Shown in pieces: positions 16,014 through 25,924 of a stretch of DNA of 64,000 nt. Position numbers and translations under genes: made by a program. Under the pieces are notes generated by a model. The model ran no database searches. It was not told the origin of the DNA and was given only the letters and a program-made list of their open reading frames with translations. Origin of the DNA: Synechococcus sp. UW140 (lineage in GTDB: Bacteria; Cyanobacteriota; Cyanobacteriia; PCC-6307; Cyanobiaceae); assembly GCA_943369525.1 (NCBI GenBank), contig CALRNL020000012.1, positions 8,998 to 72,997 of the forward strand, given 5' to 3'. Each line of letters opens with the position of its first letter. Within the stretch, counting starts at the first letter, position 1.

Positions 16014-18418
16014 TCGCTGGGCCGGCGCTGGGCGACCAGCAGCTGGTGCTGCAACCGCTGGGGCAGCCGCTGGCCCAGGAGCCCACGCAGCAGCTCGGCT
16101 AAGCCGTCGATCTCGGCGGCGGGCAGGTGGGTTTGCAGCTGCTGGCGATAGGCCGCCTGGGGGCCAAACCAGCGCTCCAGCAGGGGTTCGCCGATCTCCA
16201 GGTCCAGGGCTTCGGGCCAGCGCTGCCAGGCCACGGTCCAGCCGCGGGCCTGGAGGGCCCGATCCAAGGCGTCCAGGTTCGGGCCGCCGGCCAGGGCGCT
16301 GTTGGCGGCCCCCTCCCAGGCGGCGGCGGCCCGCACCAGGTCCGTTTCGGCGGCGTGGAAGGTCCGCCCGCCCGCCAGCAATGCCCCGGCCGGCCCCAGG
16401 GCGGGACTGGAGAACAGCAGCCGCAGCTGGCAGCGGCGGGCCGCCAGGGCATCGAGATCGGCAATGGCCGTCTCCAGGGCCCCCCCCACCAGCAGGCGGA
16501 AGGGATGGCGGCCGGCGATCCACTCGAAGTGCTGGCCGGTTTCTAACTGGCGTCCCAGGGCCTGGAGACCGGCGGAATCCCTGGCCTCCTGGGCCCCCGG
16601 GCCTGGGTCCGAAGTCCGATTGGGGTCTTGCCCCTGACTTTGTTCCCCCTCCAGCTTTGGGGGCTGGCCCGGGGCTGGGCGATCTAGGGGGGCCACCAAT
16701 TGGGGCTGGCTGAGGCTGTCGAGCACCTGCAGCTGGGCCTGCAGCCTTTCCCGGTCGCTGCCCTGGGCCAGGTGGATGACCACGCCCCCTTCGGGAGTGG
16801 CGGCCAGGGGATCGAGGGCCCAGAGCAGGGAGCGGGCTTCGAGGATCAACACCCGGTCCTGGCGCCGTGGCGCCGCGTCCTGCCAGAGGCGCTGGCGCAG
16901 CCGGTCGAGCCGTTGGCCCTCGCTGCCCAGTTGCCGTTGCAGCCAGCGGGCCAGGGCCGGATCCTCGGGCCCGCCGCTGAGCACGGTGCCCTGCTCGGCC
17001 TCCTGTTCGGCGGCGGCGGCCAACTGGGCGGCGCGCCGTTGCTGCATGCGGGCCCGCCGCTCCCCTTCCCAACCCAGCTGGCCGGGCTGCCAAAACAGTT
17101 CCCCCTGCAGGGCGCCGGGCAGGTATTGCTGGGCGACCCAGTGCTCGGCGTAGGCATGGGGATAGCGATAGCCAACGCCATCGCCAAAGGCCTGGCCGTC
17201 CCGGTTGGCATCGCGCAGGTGGGAGGGCACCTCCTGGCGGTTGCTGGCCTTGACCGTTTTCAGGGCATCAAAGAAACCCAGCAGACTGTTGCTTTTTTCG
17301 GTGCTGGCTAGATACAGGGCCGCTTGGGCCAGGGGATAGAGCCCCTCGGGCAAGCCCACCCGCTCGAAGGCCGCGGCGCAGGCTTCCACCACCACCATCG
17401 CCTGGGGATCGGCCAGGCCGATGTCCTCGCCGGCGGAGATCAGCATGCGCCGGAAGATGAAGCGGGGGTTCTCGCCTGCCTCCACCATGCGTGCCAGCCA
17501 GAACAGGGCGGCATCGGCATCGGAGCCCCGCAGCGACTTGATGAAGGCGCTGATCGTGTCGAAATGGGCATCGCCCTGCTTGTCGTAGAGCACGGCCCGC
17601 TGCTGGATCGATTCCTCGGCGATGGCCAGGTCGATGCGGATCACACCAGCCGGGGCGGCTCCTGGGCCCCTGGGCTGGCTGGCTGAAGCGGCTGGATCCG
17701 GCTCGGCTTGGGGCTCGGGCTCGCCAAGGGGCTCGGGCGTGGTGGTTTCCACCGCCAGCTCCAAGGCGTTGAGCAGGCTGCGGGCATCGCCGCCGGCCAC
17801 ATCCACCAGATGGGCCGCCGCCTCGGCCGTGATCTCGACGCGCCGCAGGCCATAGCCCCGCTCGGGATCGGCCAGGGCCCGCCGCAGCAGGGCCTGGAGG
17901 TGGGCGGGCTCCAGCGGTTCCATGCGGAACAGCCGCGAGCGACTGACCAGGGCCTTGTTCACCTCGAAATAGGGGTTTTCGGTGGTGGCCCCGATCAGGG
18001 TCACGGTGCCGTTCTCGACCCAGGGCAGTAGGGCATCCTGTTGAGCGCTGTTGAAGCGGTGCACCTCATCGATAAACAGCAGGGTGCGCAGGCTGTGCTG
18101 CTCCAGGCGGCGCTTGGCCGCGTCCACCTCGCTGCGCAGGTCTTTGACTCCAGCCAGCACGGCGTTGAGGCTGCTGAAGTGGGCGCGGGTGGTGGCGGCA
18201 ATGATGCGGGCCAGGGTGGTTTTGCCGACCCCCGGCGGCCCATGCAGGATCAGGTTGCCGACCCGATCGGCCTGGATCGCCCGGCGCAGCAGCCGGCCGG
18301 GCCCAAGGATCGCCTCCTGGCCCTGGAACTCCTCCAGGCTGCGGGGGCGCATCCGGTCGGCCAGGGGCGCCAGCTGGGCTAGCTGGCTCTCGCGGTGATG
18401 GCTGAACAGGTCGGCCAC
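16010..18418 (-). CDS. rarA: replication-associated recombination protein A (RarA/MgsA AAA+ ATPase) fused to a C-terminal extension of about 360 aa
   Basis: Walker A HGPPGVGKTT, Walker B/sensor LFIDEVHRFN, and the MgsA C-domain (YDKQGDAHFDTISAFIKSLRGSDADAALFWLARM). The sequence after about aa 440 is not part of canonical RarA. Confidence 0.85.
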   Translation of the reverse strand: MADLFSHHRESQLAQLAPLADRMRPRSLEEFQGQEAILGPGRLLRRAIQADRVGNLILHGPPGVGKTTLARIIAATTRAHFSSLNAVLAGVKDLRSEVDAAKRRLEQHSLRTLLFIDEVHRFNSAQQDALLPWVENGTVTLIGATTENPYFEVNKALVSRSRLFRMEPLEPAHLQALLRRALADPERGYGLRRVEITAEAAAHLVDVAGGDARSLLNALELAVETTTPEPLGEPEPQAEPDPAASASQPRGPGAAPAGVIRIDLAIAEESIQQRAVLYDKQGDAHFDTISAFIKSLRGSDADAALFWLARMVEAGENPRFIFRRMLISAGEDIGLADPQAMVVVEACAAAFERVGLPEGLYPLAQAALYLASTEKSNSLLGFFDALKTVKASNRQEVPSHLRDANRDGQAFGDGVGYRYPHAYAEHWVAQQYLPGALQGELFWQPGQLGWEGERRARMQQRRAAQLAAAAEQEAEQGTVLSGGPEDPALARWLQRQLGSEGQRLDRLRQRLWQDAAPRRQDRVLILEARSLLWALDPLAATPEGGVVIHLAQGSDRERLQAQLQVLDSLSQPQLVAPLDRPAPGQPPKLEGEQSQGQDPNRTSDPGPGAQEARDSAGLQALGRQLETGQHFEWIAGRHPFRLLVGGALETAIADLDALAARRCQLRLLFSSPALGPAGALLAGGRTFHAAETDLVRAAAAWEGAANSALAGGPNLDALDRALQARGWTVAWQRWPEALDLEIGEPLLERWFGPQAAYRQQLQTHLPAAEIDGLAELLRGLLGQRLPQRLQHQLLVAQRRPSD

Positions 18419-18500
18419 GGCGCCAGGGGCAGGCCCCCATTGGGATCACAACCTTCCCATTTCATCGCCTGGGCTGCAGCCATCTCGCTGCTTGTCCGGT

Positions 18501-18516
18501 AACTTGCTGGCAAGTT
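18501..18516. promoter_or_regulatory. perfect inverted repeat AACTTGC-TG-GCAAGTT just upstream of the RND adaptor RBS
   Basis: Read directly from the sequence. It is followed by GAAGGA (18517-18522) and the GTG start at 18528. It could be an operator or a 5'-UTR hairpin. Confidence 0.3.
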
Positions 18517-18527
18517 GAAGGACCATC

Positions 18528-19670
18528 GTGCGGCGATTAAGACCCTTCCTGGCCTTGCTCGGGCTGGTTGCCCTCGGGGGCTGTGGGTCCAAGCCCCCGG
18601 CCCGGGCGCTCCTATCGGTTCAGGTGGAGCGCGTCGGTGAAGCCTCCTTCAGCCCGGGCATTGACGTGATCAGCCGGCTGGAATCCACCTCCAACGTGGC
18701 GATGCGGCCCGAGGCCGATGGTCGGGTGGTGAAGATCCTGGCCACCCAGGGCCAGCGGGTGAAGGCAGGCCAACCCATCATCGTGCTCGACAACGTGCAG
18801 GAAACGGCGAGCCTCAATGCCAGTAAGGCCGAATCCCTAAAAGATAACCTCAACGCCGAGCGCTATGTCTTCTTGAATAATCAAGGAGCTGTGTCCACCA
18901 AGGATCGCGATTACTACATCACCCAGGCAATCAAGAGCCGGGACCAGGTGACCGCAAACCGGGCCACCCTCTTCTATAAGTATGTAACCTCGCCGATCAA
19001 CGGTGAGATCGGTGACCTCGATTCGGTCAAACTTGGTGATTACGTGCGCCAAGGTCAAGCCATTACCGGCATCGTCGATAACAGTGTCCTTTGGACGCTG
19101 ATGGATGTGCCGGCGACCCAATCGAGCAGCGTCAAGATTGGTCAGACGGTTCAACTTGTTACCCAAAGCACGCCGCCGGTGAAGGGCACGGGCACGGTCG
19201 TATTCATCTCGCCTTACTTCGGCGTCAGCGGCACCGAAAACGCGCCCAATACGGTGCTGGTTAAGGCCTCCTTCCCGAATTTAACAGGAACTCTTAAAAC
19301 GGGGCAGTACGTGCGTAATCGCATCATCACCGGCAGCCAGCGTCAGTTGTCCGTACCGGTTGAGGCCGTGATGATGCAGGCCCAGCAGCCGTTTGTCTAC
19401 AAGATCCTGCCCCTTTCTGTCCTGTTACCCAAGATCAAGGCCTCCGCCAAGATGGCGCCGGCCCAAAAGGCCTTGTTTGAGTCCCTCCCAGCCACGACCC
19501 CGATCGTCGTCCAAACCATGGTCCGTCTCGGCACCCTGGATCAAAACCGCTTCCCCGTGATCTCCGGCCTGGCGGCTGGGGATCAGGTGGTGGTCAGTAA
19601 TACGGCCCTGTTGAGATCGTTTATGCCCGTCAAAGTCGTCGCTGCTGCCAGCACCGGCACTGCCAACTGA
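18528..19670 (+). CDS. efflux RND transporter periplasmic adaptor subunit (HlyD/MFP family), lipoprotein
   Basis: Lipobox LVALGGCGS. Barrel-sandwich/hairpin architecture phrases (VKAGQPIIVLD, SPINGEIGDL). Directly upstream of an AcrB-type permease. Confidence 0.9.
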   Translation: MRRLRPFLALLGLVALGGCGSKPPARALLSVQVERVGEASFSPGIDVISRLESTSNVAMRPEADGRVVKILATQGQRVKAGQPIIVLDNVQETASLNASKAESLKDNLNAERYVFLNNQGAVSTKDRDYYITQAIKSRDQVTANRATLFYKYVTSPINGEIGDLDSVKLGDYVRQGQAITGIVDNSVLWTLMDVPATQSSSVKIGQTVQLVTQSTPPVKGTGTVVFISPYFGVSGTENAPNTVLVKASFPNLTGTLKTGQYVRNRIITGSQRQLSVPVEAVMMQAQQPFVYKILPLSVLLPKIKASAKMAPAQKALFESLPATTPIVVQTMVRLGTLDQNRFPVISGLAAGDQVVVSNTALLRSFMPVKVVAAASTGTAN

Positions 19671-19679
19671 GGATCGATC

Positions 19680-22600
19680 ATGTCGTTGTCTGATCGGTTT
19701 ATCAAGCGGCCCGTTCTTACGACCGTTTGCAGCATCTTGATTGTATTGATCGGCATCATTGCGATCCCGAGTCTCTCGATTGAAAACCTTCCCAATATTG
19801 CGCCTCCGCTAGTGACGGTGACCGCCAACTATGGCGGCGCCAATTCCTTGGTGACCGAGCAGGCGGTCACGAACCCCCTAGAACAACAGATCAACGGCGT
19901 GCCCGGTGCAGCCTACATCTCTTCCTTCAGCACCAGCCAGGGCCAAAGCACGATCCAGGTCTACTTCGACGAAGACACCGATATCAACATTGACCAGGTC
20001 AATGTGCAAAACCGGGTGTCCTTGGCCATGCCCCAGTTACCCCAGCAGGTGCAGGCCACGGGTATCTCGGTGATGCAGAGCACCCCGTCGATCCTATTGG
20101 CCTATCAGGTGTCATCCTCCGAAGGCCAATACGACGCGGCCTATCTCAATGGCCTGATCTACGAAAATCTCTTTTACCAATTGGAGCGGGTGCCTGGCGT
20201 GGCCAGCATCAACCTGCTCGGAGGTAGCAATCCGGCCTTCTGGCTGTTCGTGGATCCCGCCAAGCTGGCGGCTAACCAGCTCACGGCCGACCAGGTGGTC
20301 TCGGCGGTGAAAAACCAGAACACCGTGGCCATCGGTGGCCTGGTGGGCGGTCCCCCCGCCGGTGGTGATCAGAAGTTCGCCTATCCGATCCTGGTGGAGA
20401 ACAACGGCAACCTGGTGTCGATTAGCGATCTCAACCGCCTGATTGTCGGCAAGACGCCCCAAGGCAACCTGCTGAGGCTCCAGGATGTGGGCGAAGCCAC
20501 CTATGGCTTTAACACCTTTGGCCAGCAGGCCATCAGCATGGAGGGCCATCCGACGATCACCGTGGCGGTGTTCCAGACGCCTGAGAGCAATGCTCTCAAT
20601 GTGTCTGAGGCGGTGGTCAAGGTGATTAACTCCTTCAGCAATCAACTGCCCCCCGGTGTAACCGTCACCGAGATCTACAACATTGGTCAGTTCATTGAAT
20701 CGGCCGTCGAAGGGGTGGTTGATGCCCTGGGCTTAGCCATTGTGCTGGTGCTGCTGATTCTGTTCCTTTTCCTGCAGGATTGGCGCGCCACGATTGTTCC
20801 CAGCCTGGCCATTCCGATTTCGCTGGTTGGCACCTTTGCTTTCATCAAGGCCTTTGGCTTCTCGATCAACCAGCTCACCTTGCTGGGTCTGGTGCTAGCC
20901 ACGGGCCTGGTGGTGGATGACGCCATTGTGGTGATCGAGGCCGTTTCTAAAAACCTGGAAAAGGGCATGAAACCCCGCCAGGCGGCGATCGAATGCATGG
21001 GCGAATTGATTGGTGCCCTGATCGCCACATCGCTGGTGCTGATGGCCGTGTTTGTGCCAGTGGCCTTCTATCCGGGCGGCATCGGCATCATCTACAAGCA
21101 ATTTGCCCTCACGATTGCCTTTGCCATTGCAATTTCCACATTCAATGCCCTCACCTTTTCGCCGATGCTGTCGGCCCTGATCCTCAAAAGCGAGCGTCCC
21201 CCCCTGCCCAAGGGTTGGGGCTGGGCGATCGGCGGAATCCTGGTTGGTCTGGCCTTTGGCCGTTTCAGTGCAGCCTCCTTCGGCATGGGGGCCTACGTGT
21301 TTGGCGTGGTGGTGTTTGGCTTTGCCGGAAGCCGGCTGGCCTGGATTTTTGAGCGCTTCAACCATAATTTTGCCCGCCTGGAGAAGGGCTACGCCAACCT
21401 GCTTGTTGTTTTGATCGCCCGCAAGAAATGGATCCTGGCGGGGTTGGCCGGTGGCATCGTGGTCACGGCCATGGCCTTTTCGGCCCTACCTACTGCCTTC
21501 ATCCCGGAAGAGGACCAGGGCTACGGCCTCGGGATCTACCAGCTCCAAAACGGGGCCTCCCTCAGCCAGACCCAGAAGACGGGCGATGAGATTGCCAAGG
21601 TGCTCAACAGTGAGCCCGACATCATTGCTGGCTCGGTGATTAGTGGTTATGGCTTTAACGGCTCTAGTCCGGACCAGGGCGTGTTCTTCTTTGGTCTGAA
21701 GCCCCTGGATGAACGCTCCGGTGCGGAGCACAAAACCCCGGCGATTGTGGCCCGCCTCAACGCCAAATTGGAGAGAATCAGTTCCGGTTTAGCCGTGGCG
21801 GCCCAGCCTCCGGCGATCCCTGGCTTCTCGGCCCAGGGCGGTTTCTACTTCCAGTTCAATGACCTCAGCAATGGGTCCTACAGCTTCAACCAGCTCAATG
21901 ACCTGGCCAAGGATCTGGTGGTTGCTGGCACGGCCAGCGGCGATTTCTCTACCCTTTATACCCAGTTCATTCCAAGCGCCCCCGCCTTTGGCCTCAAGAT
22001 CGATCGCTCGATCATGGGCGCCCTGAATGTGGATTTCCAGCAGGCCATGCAGACGATTGCCATTCTGGCTGGCGGCAACTATTCCGGTCTCACCTATGAG
22101 AACGGCCAGGTGCGCAATATCTACGTTCAAGCCGAAGCGCAGGGTCGTAGCAAGCTCGACGACATCCTGAGCTATTACGTTCGCAGCAAGGACGACAAGA
22201 TGATTCAGGTGTCGCAGTTTGCCAAGGCAGAGCTCAGCAGTGCGCCACCGGTTGTTAGCCACTACAACCTCTATCGCACGATTCTTGTTCAGGGCGCCGA
22301 GGCGATTGGCAAGAGTTCCGGCCAAGCGCTGGACAAAATCCAGGCGATCTTTAATGCCCAGAACTTCAATAATATCGGCTATGCATTCACGGGTCTGGCG
22401 TCCCTACAGCTCTCGGCCGGCAATGCCAGCGTGCTGGTGTTTGGCCTAGGCATTCTGGTGGTGTATCTGGTGCTCTCGGCCCAATACGAGAGCTATGTCA
22501 CCCCGGTGGTGATCCTGATGACCGTGCCCCTGGCCATGTTGGGTGCCCTGGCCTTCCTGGCCCTGCGCTCGATTGATCTGAACATCTACGCCCAGGTGGG

Positions 22601-22940
22601 CCTGGTCACCTTGATTGGCCTCGCTGCCAAAAACGGCATCCTGATTGTGGAGGTGGCGGAGCAACACGTGGAAGCCGGCATGACGGCCGTTGATGCTGCC
22701 ATTGCCGCGGCTGAATCACGGATGCGCCCCATCTTGATGACTGCCATTGCCTCCTTGGCGGGCTTCCTACCCCTGGTGGTGGCTACCACGGCCGGCGCCA
22801 ATAGCCAGCAATCGCTCGGCACGGTGATCTTCGGTGGCCTGTTGGTGGCCACCGTGCTCTCCCTGGGGGTGGTGCCGCCCTTCTATGTGGCGATCAAGAA
22901 CCTGGAGTCCCGTTCCGCCAAGCCGGTCAGCCAGGCCTGA
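19680..22940 (+). CDS. efflux RND transporter permease (AcrB/AcrD/AcrF family)
   Basis: 1086 aa. N-terminus MSLSDRFIKRPVLTTVCSILIVLIGIIAI is typical of the family. Conserved TM4 region GLVVDDAIVVIE. Twelve-TM, two-large-loop layout. Confidence 0.95.
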   Translation: MSLSDRFIKRPVLTTVCSILIVLIGIIAIPSLSIENLPNIAPPLVTVTANYGGANSLVTEQAVTNPLEQQINGVPGAAYISSFSTSQGQSTIQVYFDEDTDINIDQVNVQNRVSLAMPQLPQQVQATGISVMQSTPSILLAYQVSSSEGQYDAAYLNGLIYENLFYQLERVPGVASINLLGGSNPAFWLFVDPAKLAANQLTADQVVSAVKNQNTVAIGGLVGGPPAGGDQKFAYPILVENNGNLVSISDLNRLIVGKTPQGNLLRLQDVGEATYGFNTFGQQAISMEGHPTITVAVFQTPESNALNVSEAVVKVINSFSNQLPPGVTVTEIYNIGQFIESAVEGVVDALGLAIVLVLLILFLFLQDWRATIVPSLAIPISLVGTFAFIKAFGFSINQLTLLGLVLATGLVVDDAIVVIEAVSKNLEKGMKPRQAAIECMGELIGALIATSLVLMAVFVPVAFYPGGIGIIYKQFALTIAFAIAISTFNALTFSPMLSALILKSERPPLPKGWGWAIGGILVGLAFGRFSAASFGMGAYVFGVVVFGFAGSRLAWIFERFNHNFARLEKGYANLLVVLIARKKWILAGLAGGIVVTAMAFSALPTAFIPEEDQGYGLGIYQLQNGASLSQTQKTGDEIAKVLNSEPDIIAGSVISGYGFNGSSPDQGVFFFGLKPLDERSGAEHKTPAIVARLNAKLERISSGLAVAAQPPAIPGFSAQGGFYFQFNDLSNGSYSFNQLNDLAKDLVVAGTASGDFSTLYTQFIPSAPAFGLKIDRSIMGALNVDFQQAMQTIAILAGGNYSGLTYENGQVRNIYVQAEAQGRSKLDDILSYYVRSKDDKMIQVSQFAKAELSSAPPVVSHYNLYRTILVQGAEAIGKSSGQALDKIQAIFNAQNFNNIGYAFTGLASLQLSAGNASVLVFGLGILVVYLVLSAQYESYVTPVVILMTVPLAMLGALAFLALRSIDLNIYAQVGLVTLIGLAAKNGILIVEVAEQHVEAGMTAVDAAIAAAESRMRPILMTAIASLAGFLPLVVATTAGANSQQSLGTVIFGGLLVATVLSLGVVPPFYVAIKNLESRSAKPVSQA

Positions 22941-23106
22941 TCTGGCGATTGAGCCAACTCCAGGCCATCCCTGTATTGGCTCCCCAGGGCCAGGCCAATC
23001 GCTGGGAATGGTTGAATGGCCCCCTCTGGCCAATCAAGCGCCGCTACCGAAAAGGGCCTGATCAGCATTCACTGACCAGGCCCTTGCGATTGGTTAGGCC
23101 CGTCGA

Positions 23107-24888
<1,782 letters not shown>

Positions 24889-25338
24889 TCAATTGCCGAA
24901 CTTGAAGCCGCTGTCCTTGGCGGCGGGCTTGTTACCGCCCTTGCTGGCCGCGGGGGGGGCCTCGCGCAACTGGCAGCTGCGCACGACGGCCTCAGCCGGT
25001 TGCTCCAGCCCCTCGCGCCGCTGGTAGGTGTTGCGATCGGCCGGCTTGGCCTGGTAGGTGATCGTCCAGAGCAGGTCCTTGCAGCCGGAGGGCAGCAGGG
25101 GGTTGTCGATCAGGGGATCGGCCAGGGCCTTGGCCTGGCTGCAGCTGCTAGCGCTGTTCTCGCGGGCGCAGGCCACGGCCGCCAGTTGGATCTGGCGCAG
25201 GCGTTCCGTGCTGGGGTAAGGGATCTCCGGGGGCGCCCCTGCCCTCGCCGCCAGGCCGCTGCAAGTGGCGAGCAGCAGGATCAGGCCGCTGATGGGCCGG
25301 CGTCCTAGGGCCTGCTGGGAGCGGGGGTGAAAAGCCAT
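24889..25338 (-). CDS. hypothetical lipoprotein
   Basis: MAFHPRSQQALGRRPISGLILLLATCSG contains a lipobox (LLATC). Five further Cys residues. No family recognised. Confidence 0.45.
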   Translation of the reverse strand: MAFHPRSQQALGRRPISGLILLLATCSGLAARAGAPPEIPYPSTERLRQIQLAAVACARENSASSCSQAKALADPLIDNPLLPSGCKDLLWTITYQAKPADRNTYQRREGLEQPAEAVVRSCQLREAPPAASKGGNKPAAKDSGFKFGN

Positions 25339-25448
25339 GGACCGGGTGCACTTGGACCCCATCATCGCCGGGCCGGCCCGGTGCTGACTGGGGCATCCCT
25401 GGCGGGCTGGTCCTTTGCCCTAGATGGGACCGGTTGGCCAAGGCCGAC

Positions 25449-25637
25449 TCAGGGGGCCTGAGTTTGGGATACCGGATCCGTCCTTGGTGGTTGAGCGGGT
25501 CTTGATTGGGTTTCTGCTGCAGCTTTGCTCTTGGTCGCCATGCTCCTGTGCCCTGCTTTTCTCCTTGCATAGTTGCTTGATTTGTCTTCCTGTCGTTGAA
25601 CTTTCCGTTCCTGGCTTGTTGTGGTTGCTGTCGTCAT
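25449..25637 (-). CDS. possible small hydrophilic basic protein (62 aa)
   Basis: A track ORF in a visibly lower-G+C stretch: MTTATTTSQERKVQRQEDKSSNYARRKAGHRSMATKSKAAAE... No family recognised and it may not be coding. Confidence 0.25.
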   Translation of the reverse strand: MTTATTTSQERKVQRQEDKSSNYARRKAGHRSMATKSKAAAETQSRPAQPPRTDPVSQTQAP

Positions 25638-25676
25638 TTTTGGGTCCTTGTCAATAGCCTTGCAAATGGGTTGCTG

Positions 25677-25883
25677 CTAATTTTTCTCGATTAATAGCCT
25701 GTAGCCAGAATCGTTGTCCAAGGCGTCTTGCTTTTTCTGCTTCATTTCCCTCCGCTTTTTTATGGTTTTAACCCGTTCGCCGAGATCGACTTGTTTTCGG
25801 CCTTCGTAGATGTCGGCAGCCCCATGGACTACGCCGTTTTGGCTGTCAGCTTGGGCTTCAGACGGGTTCGTTAATGGTGGCAT
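25677..25883 (-). CDS. possible small charged protein (68 aa)
   Basis: The internal ATG at 25883 avoids overlap with the PLD gene stop (25925): MPPLTNPSEAQADSQNGVVHGAADIYEGRKQVDLGERVKTIKKRREMKQKKQDALDNDSGYRLLIEKN. Low G+C. No family recognised. Confidence 0.3.
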   Translation of the reverse strand: MPPLTNPSEAQADSQNGVVHGAADIYEGRKQVDLGERVKTIKKRREMKQKKQDALDNDSGYRLLIEKN

Positions 25884-25924
25884 TGAGCCAATCCGGTGGG
25901 TTCCCAAGCCATCGTTCCGGGGGC

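Noticed and set aside
14530-17093. Minus-strand ORFs of 389 and 465 aa (14530..15699 and 15696..17093) that are extremely Arg/Pro/Gly-rich
   Set aside because: The first is antisense to the two plus-strand genes at 14320-16013. The second is an alternate frame of rarA. Their amino-acid composition is what a wrong frame of high-G+C DNA produces.
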